Program-made: the position numbers and the translations under genes
Source of the DNA: an uncultured bacterium
GTDB taxonomy: Bacteria > SAR324 > NAC60-12
Length of the DNA stretch: 64,000 nt
NCBI GenBank assembly: GCA_965662845.1
Contig: CBFIJD010000006.1
Coordinates: 42,641 to 106,640, forward strand
Direction of reading: 5' to 3'
Notes under the pieces: model-generated
Database searches by the model: none
The model's input: the letters and a program-made list of their open reading frames with translations, nothing else
Told to the model about the DNA's origin: nothing
Shown: positions 20,470 through 30,043 of the stretch, in pieces
How the letters are laid out: the number at the start of each line of letters is the position of its first letter
Numbering within the stretch: position 1 is the first letter of the stretch

Positions 20470-20544
20470 AAAGGCACCTTGGGTTGGGGAGAAGAAAGCG
20501 GAGAGGGAGCGAGAAGCCGTCTCAGAGATGACGGCAATGAGAGA

Positions 20545-20982
20545 TCAGAAGAGTTTGCGGGGAGTTTTGGAGCCTTCTGTCGGGTAACGGGGCTTGGGGC
20601 GGCTGGATGGGTTCGTGCCGTATTCGCGCTTCACTTTGAAGGGGTTGTATTCATCTGGCGGAGGATTTTTGGCAGCATCCAGTACAGACCGACGCAACGA
20701 CCCATAATTCAGAGGTTGCACGGGTGGGGCTCCCACTTGTGTGTCGGTGAGACTTTTGGCCTGGCGCCCCTTCGTAATTTCTTCGTAGTATTGACGCTCA
20801 TAATATGAGTTGGATTGATAAGTCGGGCGACTCTGTCGCACATGGGATTGCAGACTGTCATAGTCGAGCCCAGAGTTGCGGGGAGCCATTGGCTTTCCCC
20901 CCACAATGCGACCGGCTTCTGATTCGGAGAGAGGACTAATTAGGAATAGTCCCAAACAGAGTAGTGAGATCCAGCGTTTCAT
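20545..20982 (-). CDS. Hypothetical exported low-complexity protein
   Basis: Signal peptide MKRWISLLCLGLFL...SEA, Pro/Arg/Tyr-rich body. Confidence 0.65.
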   Translation of the reverse strand: MKRWISLLCLGLFLISPLSESEAGRIVGGKPMAPRNSGLDYDSLQSHVRQSRPTYQSNSYYERQYYEEITKGRQAKSLTDTQVGAPPVQPLNYGSLRRSVLDAAKNPPPDEYNPFKVKREYGTNPSSRPKPRYPTEGSKTPRKLF

Positions 20983-21094
20983 GGAGTCTTTCCTGCAGCG
21001 AGTGAGCAAGTGTTATTGAGCGACTTTGAAAAGGCTTGCAAAGATCGCACAATAGCTCAAGCGCTCTTGGGTACACTTTTGTGTAAAAGACAAC

Positions 21095-21700
21095 TCAAAG
21101 CAGCGAAAGAATCAGCTGGGTTGCCCAGTCGTCAGACTCTTCATATTCTGTTGAAGGCGCAGCGGCGCCGGTGTTCGGATGAAGCAGATCGTGGGATTCG
21201 TCGAGGGTCGGTTGAATGGGCTTCGGTCGCGCGGCCGCTCCTGGATCGCGAGGTTGCACGGGCTGCACTTCTTCCTGTCGCAGCGTCTGAATCATTTCGC
21301 GCATTTTGAAGCCGCGCATCAGTTGCCCCTTCACTCGCTGCTCGTAGCGAGCCAACAGCGTTGGGCCTTCACGGTGGAAGAGCGCAAACCAGCGCAGAGG
21401 TTCCTGCGTGTGTACCATCGCTGTTCCCGTGAACAGGGGCAGAAACGTCGCAGGGACTTCATCGTTCCAGACGACGACGCGACAATCTTCAAATGCGTCT
21501 TCGGGAGTGGCACATTGTTCAAACAGGGTCCGCAGCAATCCCTCTGCGATATTGGGATAGGCCACTAAAATCGCGCGCAAGTGGTCTTTTCGGTGTCCTT
21601 CTTGCCAGACTTCTACGCAGTGTGCCGCGCATTCTCCGACGACGTGGCAGATCGGGCAGACCAGCTCGCGACGACTCGTGATTTGAATGTATGAGGTCAT
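21095..21700 (-). CDS. Hypothetical protein with N-terminal Cys motif (CPIC-x5-CAAHC)
   Basis: 201-aa ORF with ATGA overlap to the miaB stop. Confidence 0.65.
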   Translation of the reverse strand: MTSYIQITSRRELVCPICHVVGECAAHCVEVWQEGHRKDHLRAILVAYPNIAEGLLRTLFEQCATPEDAFEDCRVVVWNDEVPATFLPLFTGTAMVHTQEPLRWFALFHREGPTLLARYEQRVKGQLMRGFKMREMIQTLRQEEVQPVQPRDPGAAARPKPIQPTLDESHDLLHPNTGAAAPSTEYEESDDWATQLILSLL

Positions 21701-23043
21701 GCAGGTAGAGGCTCTGCTTCCAGCAGATAGGTGCGGGCTCCTGTGATACGAACCGGCACAAGATTTCCAATTTCCGCCTTACAGTTGCGGATGGCAACGG
21801 AGTGATAGCCGCGGCTGCGGCCTTTGAGCAGGTTAGGCTCTTTCAAATCGGGCCCTTCGATGAGAACTTCTTGGGCGCTGCCAACGAGAGCCTGATTCTT
21901 CTCGGTGACGATTTGCTCTTGCTCTTCTAGCAAAATGCGCAAGCGCTCAATTTTCACGTCTTCGGGAAGCTGCTGGTCATACTCTGCAGCAGGAGTATTC
22001 GGACGTGGCGAATATTTGAAGGCAAAGATTTGGTCGTAACGAACGTCGCGGATGGCTGCCATCGTGCGCTCAAAATCGGCGTCGGTCTCCCCAGGAAAGC
22101 CAACGATCAGGTCGGTGGAGAGGGTGCCTCCCGGAGCGTGGTTGCGGTACATCTCCACCTTGTCAAGATACTTCTCCAGAGTGTACCAACGTCGCATCCG
22201 ACGTAGGACAGCGTCCGATCCTGATTGCAGGGGCAAATGCAGCTGCTCGCACAGTGTCGGCAGCTCTGCGAAAGCCTCGGCGAGTTCTTCTCGGAAGTCT
22301 TTGGGATGCGGCGACGTGAAACGAACTCGGAATAATCCTTCGATTTTGTCTAATTCTCGCAACAGTTCAACGAAGGTGACGCCTTCGGCCTTGTAGGAAT
22401 TCACATTTTGGCCCAACAAGCAGATTTCTTTCACGCCTTTTGCGACCAGTTGTTGGGCTTCCGCGATGATGTTTGCCGGTTCTCTGCTGACTTCCAGCCC
22501 GCGGGTGATCGGCACAATGCAAAATGAGCAGAAATTGTTGCAGCCTTTAGTGATGGCCAGATGCGCTTTGATGCTGGGCTTCGTTTCTTGCTGGAACGTA
22601 AACTCTGGGATAAAGTTGCGTACTTTTTGCCGCTCCGCGTTACGTCCTATGCGCACCACCCGCTGGCCCGACTCGACCTCTGCCAAGATCGCAGGCAAGT
22701 CGAACAGACTATCGGTGCCAAAAACCATATCGACGCTGCGTTCTCGCTGTAGGATTGCGTTCCCCTCTTGTTGCGCGACACAACCGCCGACCCCAATTTT
22801 GAGCTGGGGATTTTTCTGCTTCAGCGGGCGCAGCCGCCCTAGTAAGCTGTAAACTTTTTGTTCTGCCTTCTCACGCACCGAGCAGGTGTTGAGCAGAATG
22901 AGGTCAGCATCTTCTGGGGTGGGGGTGAAGGTGTAGTGTTCTTTGCGCAGCAGTTCGAGCATTTTGTCTGTGTCATACTCGTTCATTTGACAGCCAAAAG
23001 TCGCGATGTGGACTTTGCGCTCAGCAGAGGGAGAGAGAGGCAT
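21697..23043 (-). CDS. miaB: tRNA-2-methylthio-N6-dimethylallyladenosine synthase
   Basis: TFGCQMNEYD, NTCSVREKAE, GCVAQ, radical SAM CNNFCSFC, FTSPHP, TRAM domain. Confidence 0.97.
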   Translation of the reverse strand: MPLSPSAERKVHIATFGCQMNEYDTDKMLELLRKEHYTFTPTPEDADLILLNTCSVREKAEQKVYSLLGRLRPLKQKNPQLKIGVGGCVAQQEGNAILQRERSVDMVFGTDSLFDLPAILAEVESGQRVVRIGRNAERQKVRNFIPEFTFQQETKPSIKAHLAITKGCNNFCSFCIVPITRGLEVSREPANIIAEAQQLVAKGVKEICLLGQNVNSYKAEGVTFVELLRELDKIEGLFRVRFTSPHPKDFREELAEAFAELPTLCEQLHLPLQSGSDAVLRRMRRWYTLEKYLDKVEMYRNHAPGGTLSTDLIVGFPGETDADFERTMAAIRDVRYDQIFAFKYSPRPNTPAAEYDQQLPEDVKIERLRILLEEQEQIVTEKNQALVGSAQEVLIEGPDLKEPNLLKGRSRGYHSVAIRNCKAEIGNLVPVRITGARTYLLEAEPLPA

Positions 23044-23069
23044 AAGTGGGGAAGGAATTTTCGAAGTTT

Positions 23070-23543
23070 TTAGATTGTGGGGTGTAACCATTTCAAGCCT
23101 AGTTCAGCGGCACAAATGGAGCATGCGATATCTCTCAAATCTTGAGGATATTCAGCATAATGGAGCTGATCGCCGCGCTGCCAGAGCGTTTCTTCCAGTC
23201 GGAGTCCATGCGCTGTGGGCTTCACGAAATCGTACCATTCATTGCGATAGAGGTTCTGAAAGCTGTCCAACGCGAAAAAATTGCCGTCTTCACTAGAGAA
23301 AGACTGTTTGGGTTGGGCTTCCGCCTCGCCTTTCTCAACTGTTTTGAGCGTGCAGCGAAAGTCAAACTTTCCCCAAAGAAAATGCACAAATGGCTGAGCT
23401 GCAGTAGCGTCTGCCATTTGAAACACAAAATAGTTTTGGCGGCGGAACGTGTAAGATTTCACAAAACCTCTTTGGCTTGGGATGCAGATAAGCTCATGAG
23501 CCTGTCCCGATTCAAGGAGAGTTTCAAGAGAAAGTTGGTTCAA
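23070..23543 (-). CDS. Hypothetical protein
   Basis: 157-aa ORF co-oriented with miaB, no recognised motif. Confidence 0.6.
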   Translation of the reverse strand: MNQLSLETLLESGQAHELICIPSQRGFVKSYTFRRQNYFVFQMADATAAQPFVHFLWGKFDFRCTLKTVEKGEAEAQPKQSFSSEDGNFFALDSFQNLYRNEWYDFVKPTAHGLRLEETLWQRGDQLHYAEYPQDLRDIACSICAAELGLKWLHPTI

Positions 23544-23659
23544 GAGTTGAGCGCAAGGTGTGAGACAGAAACCATTTAACTTGCAATGCCAACGACTTCT
23601 AGGAAAGTATAATTTTTCTTAGTTCAGATACAAAACGAACACACTACTAGTCTCCGTTC

Positions 23660-25516
23660 ATGACCATTCGACTCAACATTCTTTGCTGTAGCCTTTGGGT
23701 TCTGCTTTGCCTGCCGCTGGAGGTTTCCGCGAACCAAGATTCGGCCGAAGCGCAGCAGTTGGACGCGCTGAAGGCGCTCGCAAATCCGAAGCGGTATGAC
23801 ATCCCGATTCGCTGGAACGAACCTGTTCAGAATCTGGTCAAGTATTATGCAAAGCGCAAAGATCACGTGCTGAAGCTGGGTATTCAGCGTTCGGGGTTGT
23901 ACATGGATTTGATGCGGCAAGAGCTGCGCGCGTGGGGACTTCCACAAGACCTCGTCTTTGTTGCGGCGGTCGAGAGCAACTTCAACGCTCGGTCGGTTTC
24001 TCCTAAAGAAGCTGTGGGGTTGTGGCAGTTCATGGCTCCCACAGCACAACAATACAAACTACGCGTCGACGAGTGGGTGGATCAGCGCCGAGACCCTCTG
24101 AAAGCGACGCGCGCAGCCGCACAGCACTTTCGTTATTTGTACGATCTATTTGACGACTGGGAGTTGGCGCTTGCAGCCTATAACGCTGGTGAAGGGCGAG
24201 TGCAGCGCGCTGTACAACGTGCAAAACAACGCAACAAACCTACAGACTTTTGGTCGCTCCGCTTGCCCAGAGAAACCCGCAACTATGTCCCGGCGATCAT
24301 GGCATCGGCGATTATTTACAAAAACAAAAGCAGCTTCGGACTGGATGGAGTTGAGATGCTGCCGCCGATGGAACAGTCTCAGTTCCAAGTGCCTGTCGAC
24401 TTCTCTCTGCAAGAGGTCGCGCAACGCGCGGGAATTCCTTATGAGCGGCTGATTGATTACAATCCTGCTTACTTAAGAGAGATTCCACCCATCGACCAAA
24501 AGCACTACACCATTTACCTCCCTCAAAAATACCAACGTCCTCTGTGGCAATCGCTTCGCAAACACAGCGAGCCCTCTTCCATGTGGTTGCATCATTACAC
24601 AGCGCTACTTCATGACTCTGCGGAGAACTTACGCATCTTAGAGCGCTACGGTGACCTAAAGTATGTGCGGGTCAAGCGAGGAGAAAACCTCACCACGGTA
24701 GCGAGAAAGCACAACACCACCGTCTCTCGGCTCATGCGTTGGAACCCGATTCCGCAGAACAAAACGTTGCAGATCGGACAGCGCCTCAAAATGTATGTCG
24801 TGAACCGCAAAGTGCTCGATCAAGTTCAATTCGCAACCCATCCAAACACCTCGCACAAGGGCGATCAGTTCGTGATCCGGGTGCCCGAGGGGAGCACTCT
24901 GTCTGCGCTCGCAAATCGCTATCACACGACCGTTCAGGAACTGATGACCATCAACCGACTCCGCTCACCGATGGATCTGCGAGCGGGCCAGTCACTAAAG
25001 ATTTACTCCCGCCCGAAGGTCATCACCGTTCCTTCGGGCATGACCTTATCGCACGTGGCACAGCGCTATGACGTCTCTGTGAAGGAGTTGATGGCATGGA
25101 ACAAATTAGATTCCCCAACCGATTTGCGCGCAAACCAATCCATTGTGATTGCGCCACCACCTCAACCCCAGCCCCACTTACTCGCAGAAGAAAAACAAGT
25201 GCGCATTCGTGTGCCTAGCGGAGCAACTTTGTCTGAGTTGGCAGAGCGCTATCAAGTGACCGTCAGCCAGCTCATGGAGTGGAACCAACTGAAGCACACT
25301 CGTGACCTGCAAGCCGGACAACAGTTGACCGTATTCCGTGAAGCACCACCGGCAACGCCCACTCATCGCGTCATTTTAGTTCGACTAGGCGACACATTGT
25401 GGGATATCGCGCGTGAGCACCAAACATCTATCGAACAGCTTACGGCACTCAACGACCTAAAGAAAAACACCCCCCTGAAATTGAACCAGAAGATTAAGGT
25501 TCCATTATCTCAATAA
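23660..25516 (+). CDS. MltD-like lytic transglycosylase with five LysM domains
   Basis: Signal peptide, VES, AVGLWQFM, LAAYNAG, ETRNYV, five LysM repeats. Confidence 0.93.
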   Translation: MTIRLNILCCSLWVLLCLPLEVSANQDSAEAQQLDALKALANPKRYDIPIRWNEPVQNLVKYYAKRKDHVLKLGIQRSGLYMDLMRQELRAWGLPQDLVFVAAVESNFNARSVSPKEAVGLWQFMAPTAQQYKLRVDEWVDQRRDPLKATRAAAQHFRYLYDLFDDWELALAAYNAGEGRVQRAVQRAKQRNKPTDFWSLRLPRETRNYVPAIMASAIIYKNKSSFGLDGVEMLPPMEQSQFQVPVDFSLQEVAQRAGIPYERLIDYNPAYLREIPPIDQKHYTIYLPQKYQRPLWQSLRKHSEPSSMWLHHYTALLHDSAENLRILERYGDLKYVRVKRGENLTTVARKHNTTVSRLMRWNPIPQNKTLQIGQRLKMYVVNRKVLDQVQFATHPNTSHKGDQFVIRVPEGSTLSALANRYHTTVQELMTINRLRSPMDLRAGQSLKIYSRPKVITVPSGMTLSHVAQRYDVSVKELMAWNKLDSPTDLRANQSIVIAPPPQPQPHLLAEEKQVRIRVPSGATLSELAERYQVTVSQLMEWNQLKHTRDLQAGQQLTVFREAPPATPTHRVILVRLGDTLWDIAREHQTSIEQLTALNDLKKNTPLKLNQKIKVPLSQ

Positions 25517-25657
25517 ATTTGGAGCACACCTCTCAGTCCCATTGAGATTTCCAGCGAAAGCTTCTCGCCACGCCCTCCGACTTTCCAAACGTTCCGCTCT
25601 GGAAAGTTGAGACTTTTCCTTCCTCCTTCCACAGATCAACTCATTACACACGCGCTC

Positions 25658-26512
25658 ATGCACAGAATGAATCATGTAGAGAAAAAAGAGCTGCTGATCG
25701 AAGCTCTCTCCTATATCAAACGGTTTCGGGATCAAATCATCGTCATTAAGTACGGTGGCGCTGCGATGATCGAGGAACATTTAAAGACAAGCTTTGCCCA
25801 AGATATCGTGCTCATTCAGTCACTAGGGATTAAACCAGTCATTGTGCATGGAGGTGGGCCCGAAGTTTCGCGCTTGATTCAAAGGTTAGGACAAGAGGTC
25901 ACTTTCGTGGACGGGCTGCGTGTCACCAGCGCAGAAAACCTTAAAGTCGCCGAGATGGTTCTCTCAGGTACGGTAAATAAAGAAATCATCTCTCACTTAC
26001 ATACCTTTGGTGGCAAATCCGTGGGGCTCAGTGGGAAAGATGGACTTCTGATCCAAGCAGAAAAGAAGCAGCATAATCATGGGGTAGACTTGGGGTACGT
26101 TGGGGAAATCACTCAAGTAAATCCGGAGCTTCTGCAAACCTTGTTAAAAGAGAACTACATTCCTGTAGTTTCCCCCATCGGCATGGGCGAAGACGGCGCG
26201 ACTTACAACATCAATGCAGACACTGCGGCAGCGGCTATCGCAGTCGCCTTGCAAGCGCGCAAAATCATTTTTATGACAGACGTCGATGGCGTCTTTCAGA
26301 ATGACGCGTTGATTTCACAGATTGATGTAAAGCACGCAGAAAAATTGATCGAGAGAGAAGTCATCACAGGTGGGATGATGCCCAAAGTACAGGCGGCGAT
26401 TAAATGTGTCCGCAATGGCGTGCGCTCAGCACACATCATAAGTGGCACAGATCCACACTCAGTAGTCGCGGAGCTATTTACCAACGAGGGAATTGGAACC
26501 AAAATCGAATGA
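25658..26512 (+). CDS. argB: Acetylglutamate kinase
   Basis: EALSYI, VIKYGG, VHGGGP, GLRVT, NINAD, TDVDG, GGMMPKV. Confidence 0.97.
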   Translation: MHRMNHVEKKELLIEALSYIKRFRDQIIVIKYGGAAMIEEHLKTSFAQDIVLIQSLGIKPVIVHGGGPEVSRLIQRLGQEVTFVDGLRVTSAENLKVAEMVLSGTVNKEIISHLHTFGGKSVGLSGKDGLLIQAEKKQHNHGVDLGYVGEITQVNPELLQTLLKENYIPVVSPIGMGEDGATYNINADTAAAAIAVALQARKIIFMTDVDGVFQNDALISQIDVKHAEKLIEREVITGGMMPKVQAAIKCVRNGVRSAHIISGTDPHSVVAELFTNEGIGTKIE

Positions 26513-26518
26513 GGGACT

Positions 26519-27868
26519 GTGACGACTAGTCATCGCCAAGAGCAGCACTACGATGTTGAAGAGATGTTTTACTCCTCGACTGCCCCAAATAGTAAAATTG
26601 TCAGCTTTAATGAAGTGTTTTATCGTGTGAGTGAATACACACCCGAAGAAATGCTTGGAAAACCCCACAATTTGATCCGCAACACAGATGTCCCTAAAGC
26701 TGTGTTCAAAATCTTTTGGGACTACATCCAAAACGGGAAAATCATCATTGCCTATGTGAACAACCAGACGAAAACAGGACGATATTATTGGGTACTTGCT
26801 TGTGTCATCCCCATCCTAAACGAATCTGGGAAAATCACCCGATATGTGTCCACGCGTCTCAAGCCCACCAGTGATTTCTTTCAGAAGAATATTCCAGATT
26901 TATACGCGCAGGTTCTGCAACATGAGCAAAACCAAGGGATGGAGTCTGCCGAAAACCACCTTTACCACAGTTTGCAGAGTCACGGTTTTCCAGACTATGA
27001 CTCCTTCATGCGTTTTGCCCTGCAAAGTGAGATTATTTCTAGGCAACAGATTATCTCATCGCGCACAACGCCGCTGATCGGACTCCCAGAGTTATCGCAG
27101 CTGGGAGAACCACTGCGAACTCAAATCACAACGTCCGATAACTTGAGTTTGCAATACCGCAAGTTGATGCGAAACCTTGATAAAACGCAAAAAGATGCGC
27201 AGCAACTCGGAGAGTTTACAAATTTAGTTCGTAGAGTCTCTGATGACATCCAACTGCTAGCGTTCAACTCCCTTGTTGTCGCCGCAAAAGCAAAAGAATA
27301 TGGTCGCACATTTTTCGTGATCGCTGACACCATGGGGCAGTTTTCAAAGAGCATTCGCGAAGCCTCTCAAAAAATTTTTGCTGGTATCGAAGAACTCAAT
27401 ACACTTACTAGTCAGTTGCTTTTCAACTTGATGTTAGTCTCCGTGAAAACGGACATGACACGAAACTTATTTATTGAGCACCTCACCTTCCGTACTTCTT
27501 TGAAAGATGTCTCGCTATTACTAAATGTCATTTCAAACAGCGAGAGCGAGTGTCGCTCGACATTTGGTCGTTTAGAGGCCCAAACTTATCAAGTGAACAA
27601 GCGGATTGGAGATATTGAACAAATTGTGTTGCAGATCGAGATGCTCTCTGCCGTAGGTGGAATTACAACCGCAGAGTTGGGGGAGGTGGGGAGAGAGTGT
27701 AACCTGCTCGTCAAGGATATTAAGTCGATTATCGGAGGAGCAAAAGAAGAAGTCTCGAAGGTAAAAGAGCTTGCGACAACCATCTTTCATGAGCTTCGAG
27801 AGCAGATCGAATCCTATAATCAGACATTGGTCAGCTACAAAAAGTTAGTTAGCAATCAACAAAATTAG
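26519..27868 (+). CDS. Soluble Aer-like PAS protein with a degenerate chemoreceptor-like coiled-coil domain
   Basis: N..F...S.Y..EEMLGKPHNLIR...W..I..G, YYWV PAS; later LLAFNSLVVAAKAKEYGRTFFVIA resembles the MCP tip LLALNAAIEAARAGE.GRGFAVVA. Confidence 0.82.
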   Translation: MTTSHRQEQHYDVEEMFYSSTAPNSKIVSFNEVFYRVSEYTPEEMLGKPHNLIRNTDVPKAVFKIFWDYIQNGKIIIAYVNNQTKTGRYYWVLACVIPILNESGKITRYVSTRLKPTSDFFQKNIPDLYAQVLQHEQNQGMESAENHLYHSLQSHGFPDYDSFMRFALQSEIISRQQIISSRTTPLIGLPELSQLGEPLRTQITTSDNLSLQYRKLMRNLDKTQKDAQQLGEFTNLVRRVSDDIQLLAFNSLVVAAKAKEYGRTFFVIADTMGQFSKSIREASQKIFAGIEELNTLTSQLLFNLMLVSVKTDMTRNLFIEHLTFRTSLKDVSLLLNVISNSESECRSTFGRLEAQTYQVNKRIGDIEQIVLQIEMLSAVGGITTAELGEVGRECNLLVKDIKSIIGGAKEEVSKVKELATTIFHELREQIESYNQTLVSYKKLVSNQQN

Positions 27869-27878
27869 ACTCTCGACT

Positions 27879-28874
27879 TTACATCTTGTTAGCTGAAGTC
27901 TCGCTTCTGACATCAACCGTCTTTAATTTCGTTTCAACAGACTCGCTTGCTTCCCAAGTTTCGCTAATGATCTTCAGCGTTCCCTGCTCTCTCCTCACAA
28001 ACAAAGTTTTCCAGCCCACATCTTGAGTTAAGTTTGAGCGATATTCTTGCAGAAAGTAGATCTTGTAATAGTCTTTTGTCTTGGCTGCACTAACTTGCTC
28101 AATCCGAATCCGTTTTTCTGAGCTCTTCTTATAAATACGCTTCTTATAGTCTAGCCACGACGTCAAATTCCGCCGCCCATTATCAAACTCTGCTGAGTAG
28201 TAACTCGAATATCTTTCATAATCGTTGCTTTCCCAAGCAGAGATCCAATCAGACAAAAAGCGGTCTAGTTCTGCTTGCTGAGAGAGGCTCTCTTCCTGTG
28301 AAATAGTTTCAACTTTCTCTTCGATTACTATCCAAGCTTGAGGCGTTTGCACCTCGCTTGCTATTTTCGTAAAGTCTGCGTTGCTAACAGAGACACAACC
28401 TTGGGTTTCGATAGGCTCTTGATTCTCTGTGCCATGCAACCAAATTCCATAGCCTGTTTTCTTTTGAAAGACTTTGTCGATATGGTTCGGGTAGTTGGTC
28501 GGCATCGCTCCTGCCCCATACAGTTTCGCCGCTGAACCATACAATGAGTTGAGTTCATCTTTGAGCCACAGGTCTTTTAGCCAGTACACTCCGTTAGGAG
28601 TTTTCAAGTCTCCTTCTTCAAACTTGTCTCCAGGGACTTTTCCGGTGGTACAAGTGTACGTTGATATTTCTTGCCACGTGTCTTGCACATTTTGATAGAC
28701 GGAGAGGGAGCATCCGCTTTTATCCACGACGACAAACCGCATTTCCGGATTATCAGAGTTGATTAGGACCGATGGCTGGGTTCTTTTCGTCTGTGAGGAG
28801 GCTGTGATCGGGTGTGCGAGGAGAGTGAGAATTACTGCGCTTAAGGAGAAAATATGCTTGATTGTTTCTGTCAT
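27879..28874 (-). CDS. L,D-transpeptidase/carboxypeptidase (YkuD) with C-terminal NTF2/SnoaL-like domain, Csd6/Pgp2-like
   Basis: Signal peptide, GDKFEEGDLKTPNGVY, NYPN, GIWLHG...TQGCV, W..AW...D...Y...YS..F. Confidence 0.87.
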   Translation of the reverse strand: MTETIKHIFSLSAVILTLLAHPITASSQTKRTQPSVLINSDNPEMRFVVVDKSGCSLSVYQNVQDTWQEISTYTCTTGKVPGDKFEEGDLKTPNGVYWLKDLWLKDELNSLYGSAAKLYGAGAMPTNYPNHIDKVFQKKTGYGIWLHGTENQEPIETQGCVSVSNADFTKIASEVQTPQAWIVIEEKVETISQEESLSQQAELDRFLSDWISAWESNDYERYSSYYSAEFDNGRRNLTSWLDYKKRIYKKSSEKRIRIEQVSAAKTKDYYKIYFLQEYRSNLTQDVGWKTLFVRREQGTLKIISETWEASESVETKLKTVDVRSETSANKM

Positions 28875-28901
28875 CGGGCCATGTGAAGGGGGAATTGTGG
28901 C

Positions 28902-29108
28902 TTAGTTTTTCTCATCCCCTCTATTCTGCAGTTTGCGTACCCACACAATGCCAGCGGCTAGCATGATGAGTGGTAGTAAGGTGAGAAAACCAGTAGTTGC
29001 ATAGAAAGCTATACGGCTTTCCCCCTCAGAAGTAAAGCAGACGGCGCAGCTATACACAGGTGGAGCGTAACTTAGCAGCAAGGCAGCGATAACCGCTAGT
29101 AATCTCAT
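28902..29108 (-). CDS. Small membrane protein with CxxC (68 aa), last gene of the oxidase operon
   Basis: ATGA overlap with the upstream stop, signal-like N-terminus, CAVC, one TM helix. Confidence 0.75.
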   Translation of the reverse strand: MRLLAVIAALLLSYAPPVYSCAVCFTSEGESRIAFYATTGFLTLLPLIMLAAGIVWVRKLQNRGDEKN

Positions 29109-29701
29109 ACTACATACACCAAAAAGTAAATTACCGGCCAAACACCTACTACAAAGTACCAAAATAAGCTTGTGGACTTGAAGTGCTCCGCGTTCTCTAG
29201 GTTGGCGGGCTTCAGGCTCCCTAGCAAGAACAGTATCCCCCCCAGTACGTGAAGTCCGTGGGCTCCAATAATCAAGTAGAACAAGGAACCATAAGTGCTT
29301 GACGTAGCTGTTAGCCCAAAACCGATGAGTTTGACCCACTCGTAGCCCTGGACTAGTAAGAATCCCCCCCCAAGAGCGAGAGTGATTTTTAGCAGCTTTG
29401 CTTTCCTCTCTGTCGCTTCTGCGTCCGCACCTGCTTGCTTACCAGCCTTGAAGAGCGTGAAAGCGCTCGCGATCAAGACTAAGCTGTTGATTGCGGTCAC
29501 AAACACAGGGAGCCGTGGCTGCCCCCAAGGGGGCCACTCTTCCATACCTGACCGAATGATCATGTATGCGCTGATTAGCCCCGCGAAGAACATCACTTCT
29601 GCCATGATGAAAATCACCATCGCAAAGACTCTGCTTGGGACAATAGGCTGTCGTCTTCTGTCCGAGTCAGCAGGAATTTCAGGAGCGACGAGCAGAATCA
29701 T
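29105..29701 (-). CDS. Cytochrome c oxidase subunit III family protein (second copy)
   Basis: AEVMFFAGLISAY, FLLVQGYEW, YGSLFY..IGAHGLHVLGG, FWYFV..VW. Confidence 0.92.
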   Translation of the reverse strand: MILLVAPEIPADSDRRRQPIVPSRVFAMVIFIMAEVMFFAGLISAYMIIRSGMEEWPPWGQPRLPVFVTAINSLVLIASAFTLFKAGKQAGADAEATERKAKLLKITLALGGGFLLVQGYEWVKLIGFGLTATSSTYGSLFYLIIGAHGLHVLGGILFLLGSLKPANLENAEHFKSTSLFWYFVVGVWPVIYFLVYVV

Positions 29702-29703
29702 AT

Positions 29704-30042
29704 TTACAGTCTCTGTTGTTCGATACAGGTTCCCATGGCAATACAATCTTGCCAGTTTTGGCCTTCCGTTTTCATCACATCAGACGATACGCCGAAAAAG
29801 AATACGCCCATTAGTGCAACAGAAACGAGCAACAGATACCAGATGTATTTTTTCTCGAAGCTCAGGTGCATGAAGTGCGCAGCAACGTAATAGGTTTTCA
29901 CAAAAGCGATTCCGAACGCTGTGATCAACGTGACCCACTGAATGCCTAGTTCTGGACCGACAATACTGATAATGAGTAAGACAAGTAGTATTCCCCAAAT
30001 TTTCACATAATTCGGGTGATGTCCGTGTGTTTCGCTTGCCAT
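29704..30042 (-). CDS. Prokaryotic cytochrome c oxidase subunit IV
   Basis: Three TM helices, IAFVK...VAAHFMHL. Confidence 0.9.
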   Translation of the reverse strand: MASETHGHHPNYVKIWGILLVLLIISIVGPELGIQWVTLITAFGIAFVKTYYVAAHFMHLSFEKKYIWYLLLVSVALMGVFFFGVSSDVMKTEGQNWQDCIAMGTCIEQQRL

Positions 30043-30043
30043 A

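Noticed and set aside
24650..25500. Repetitive DNA as a possible CRISPR or tandem array
   Set aside because: Explained by coding LysM repeats; the 36.7-38.7 kb repeats are likewise protein-level.
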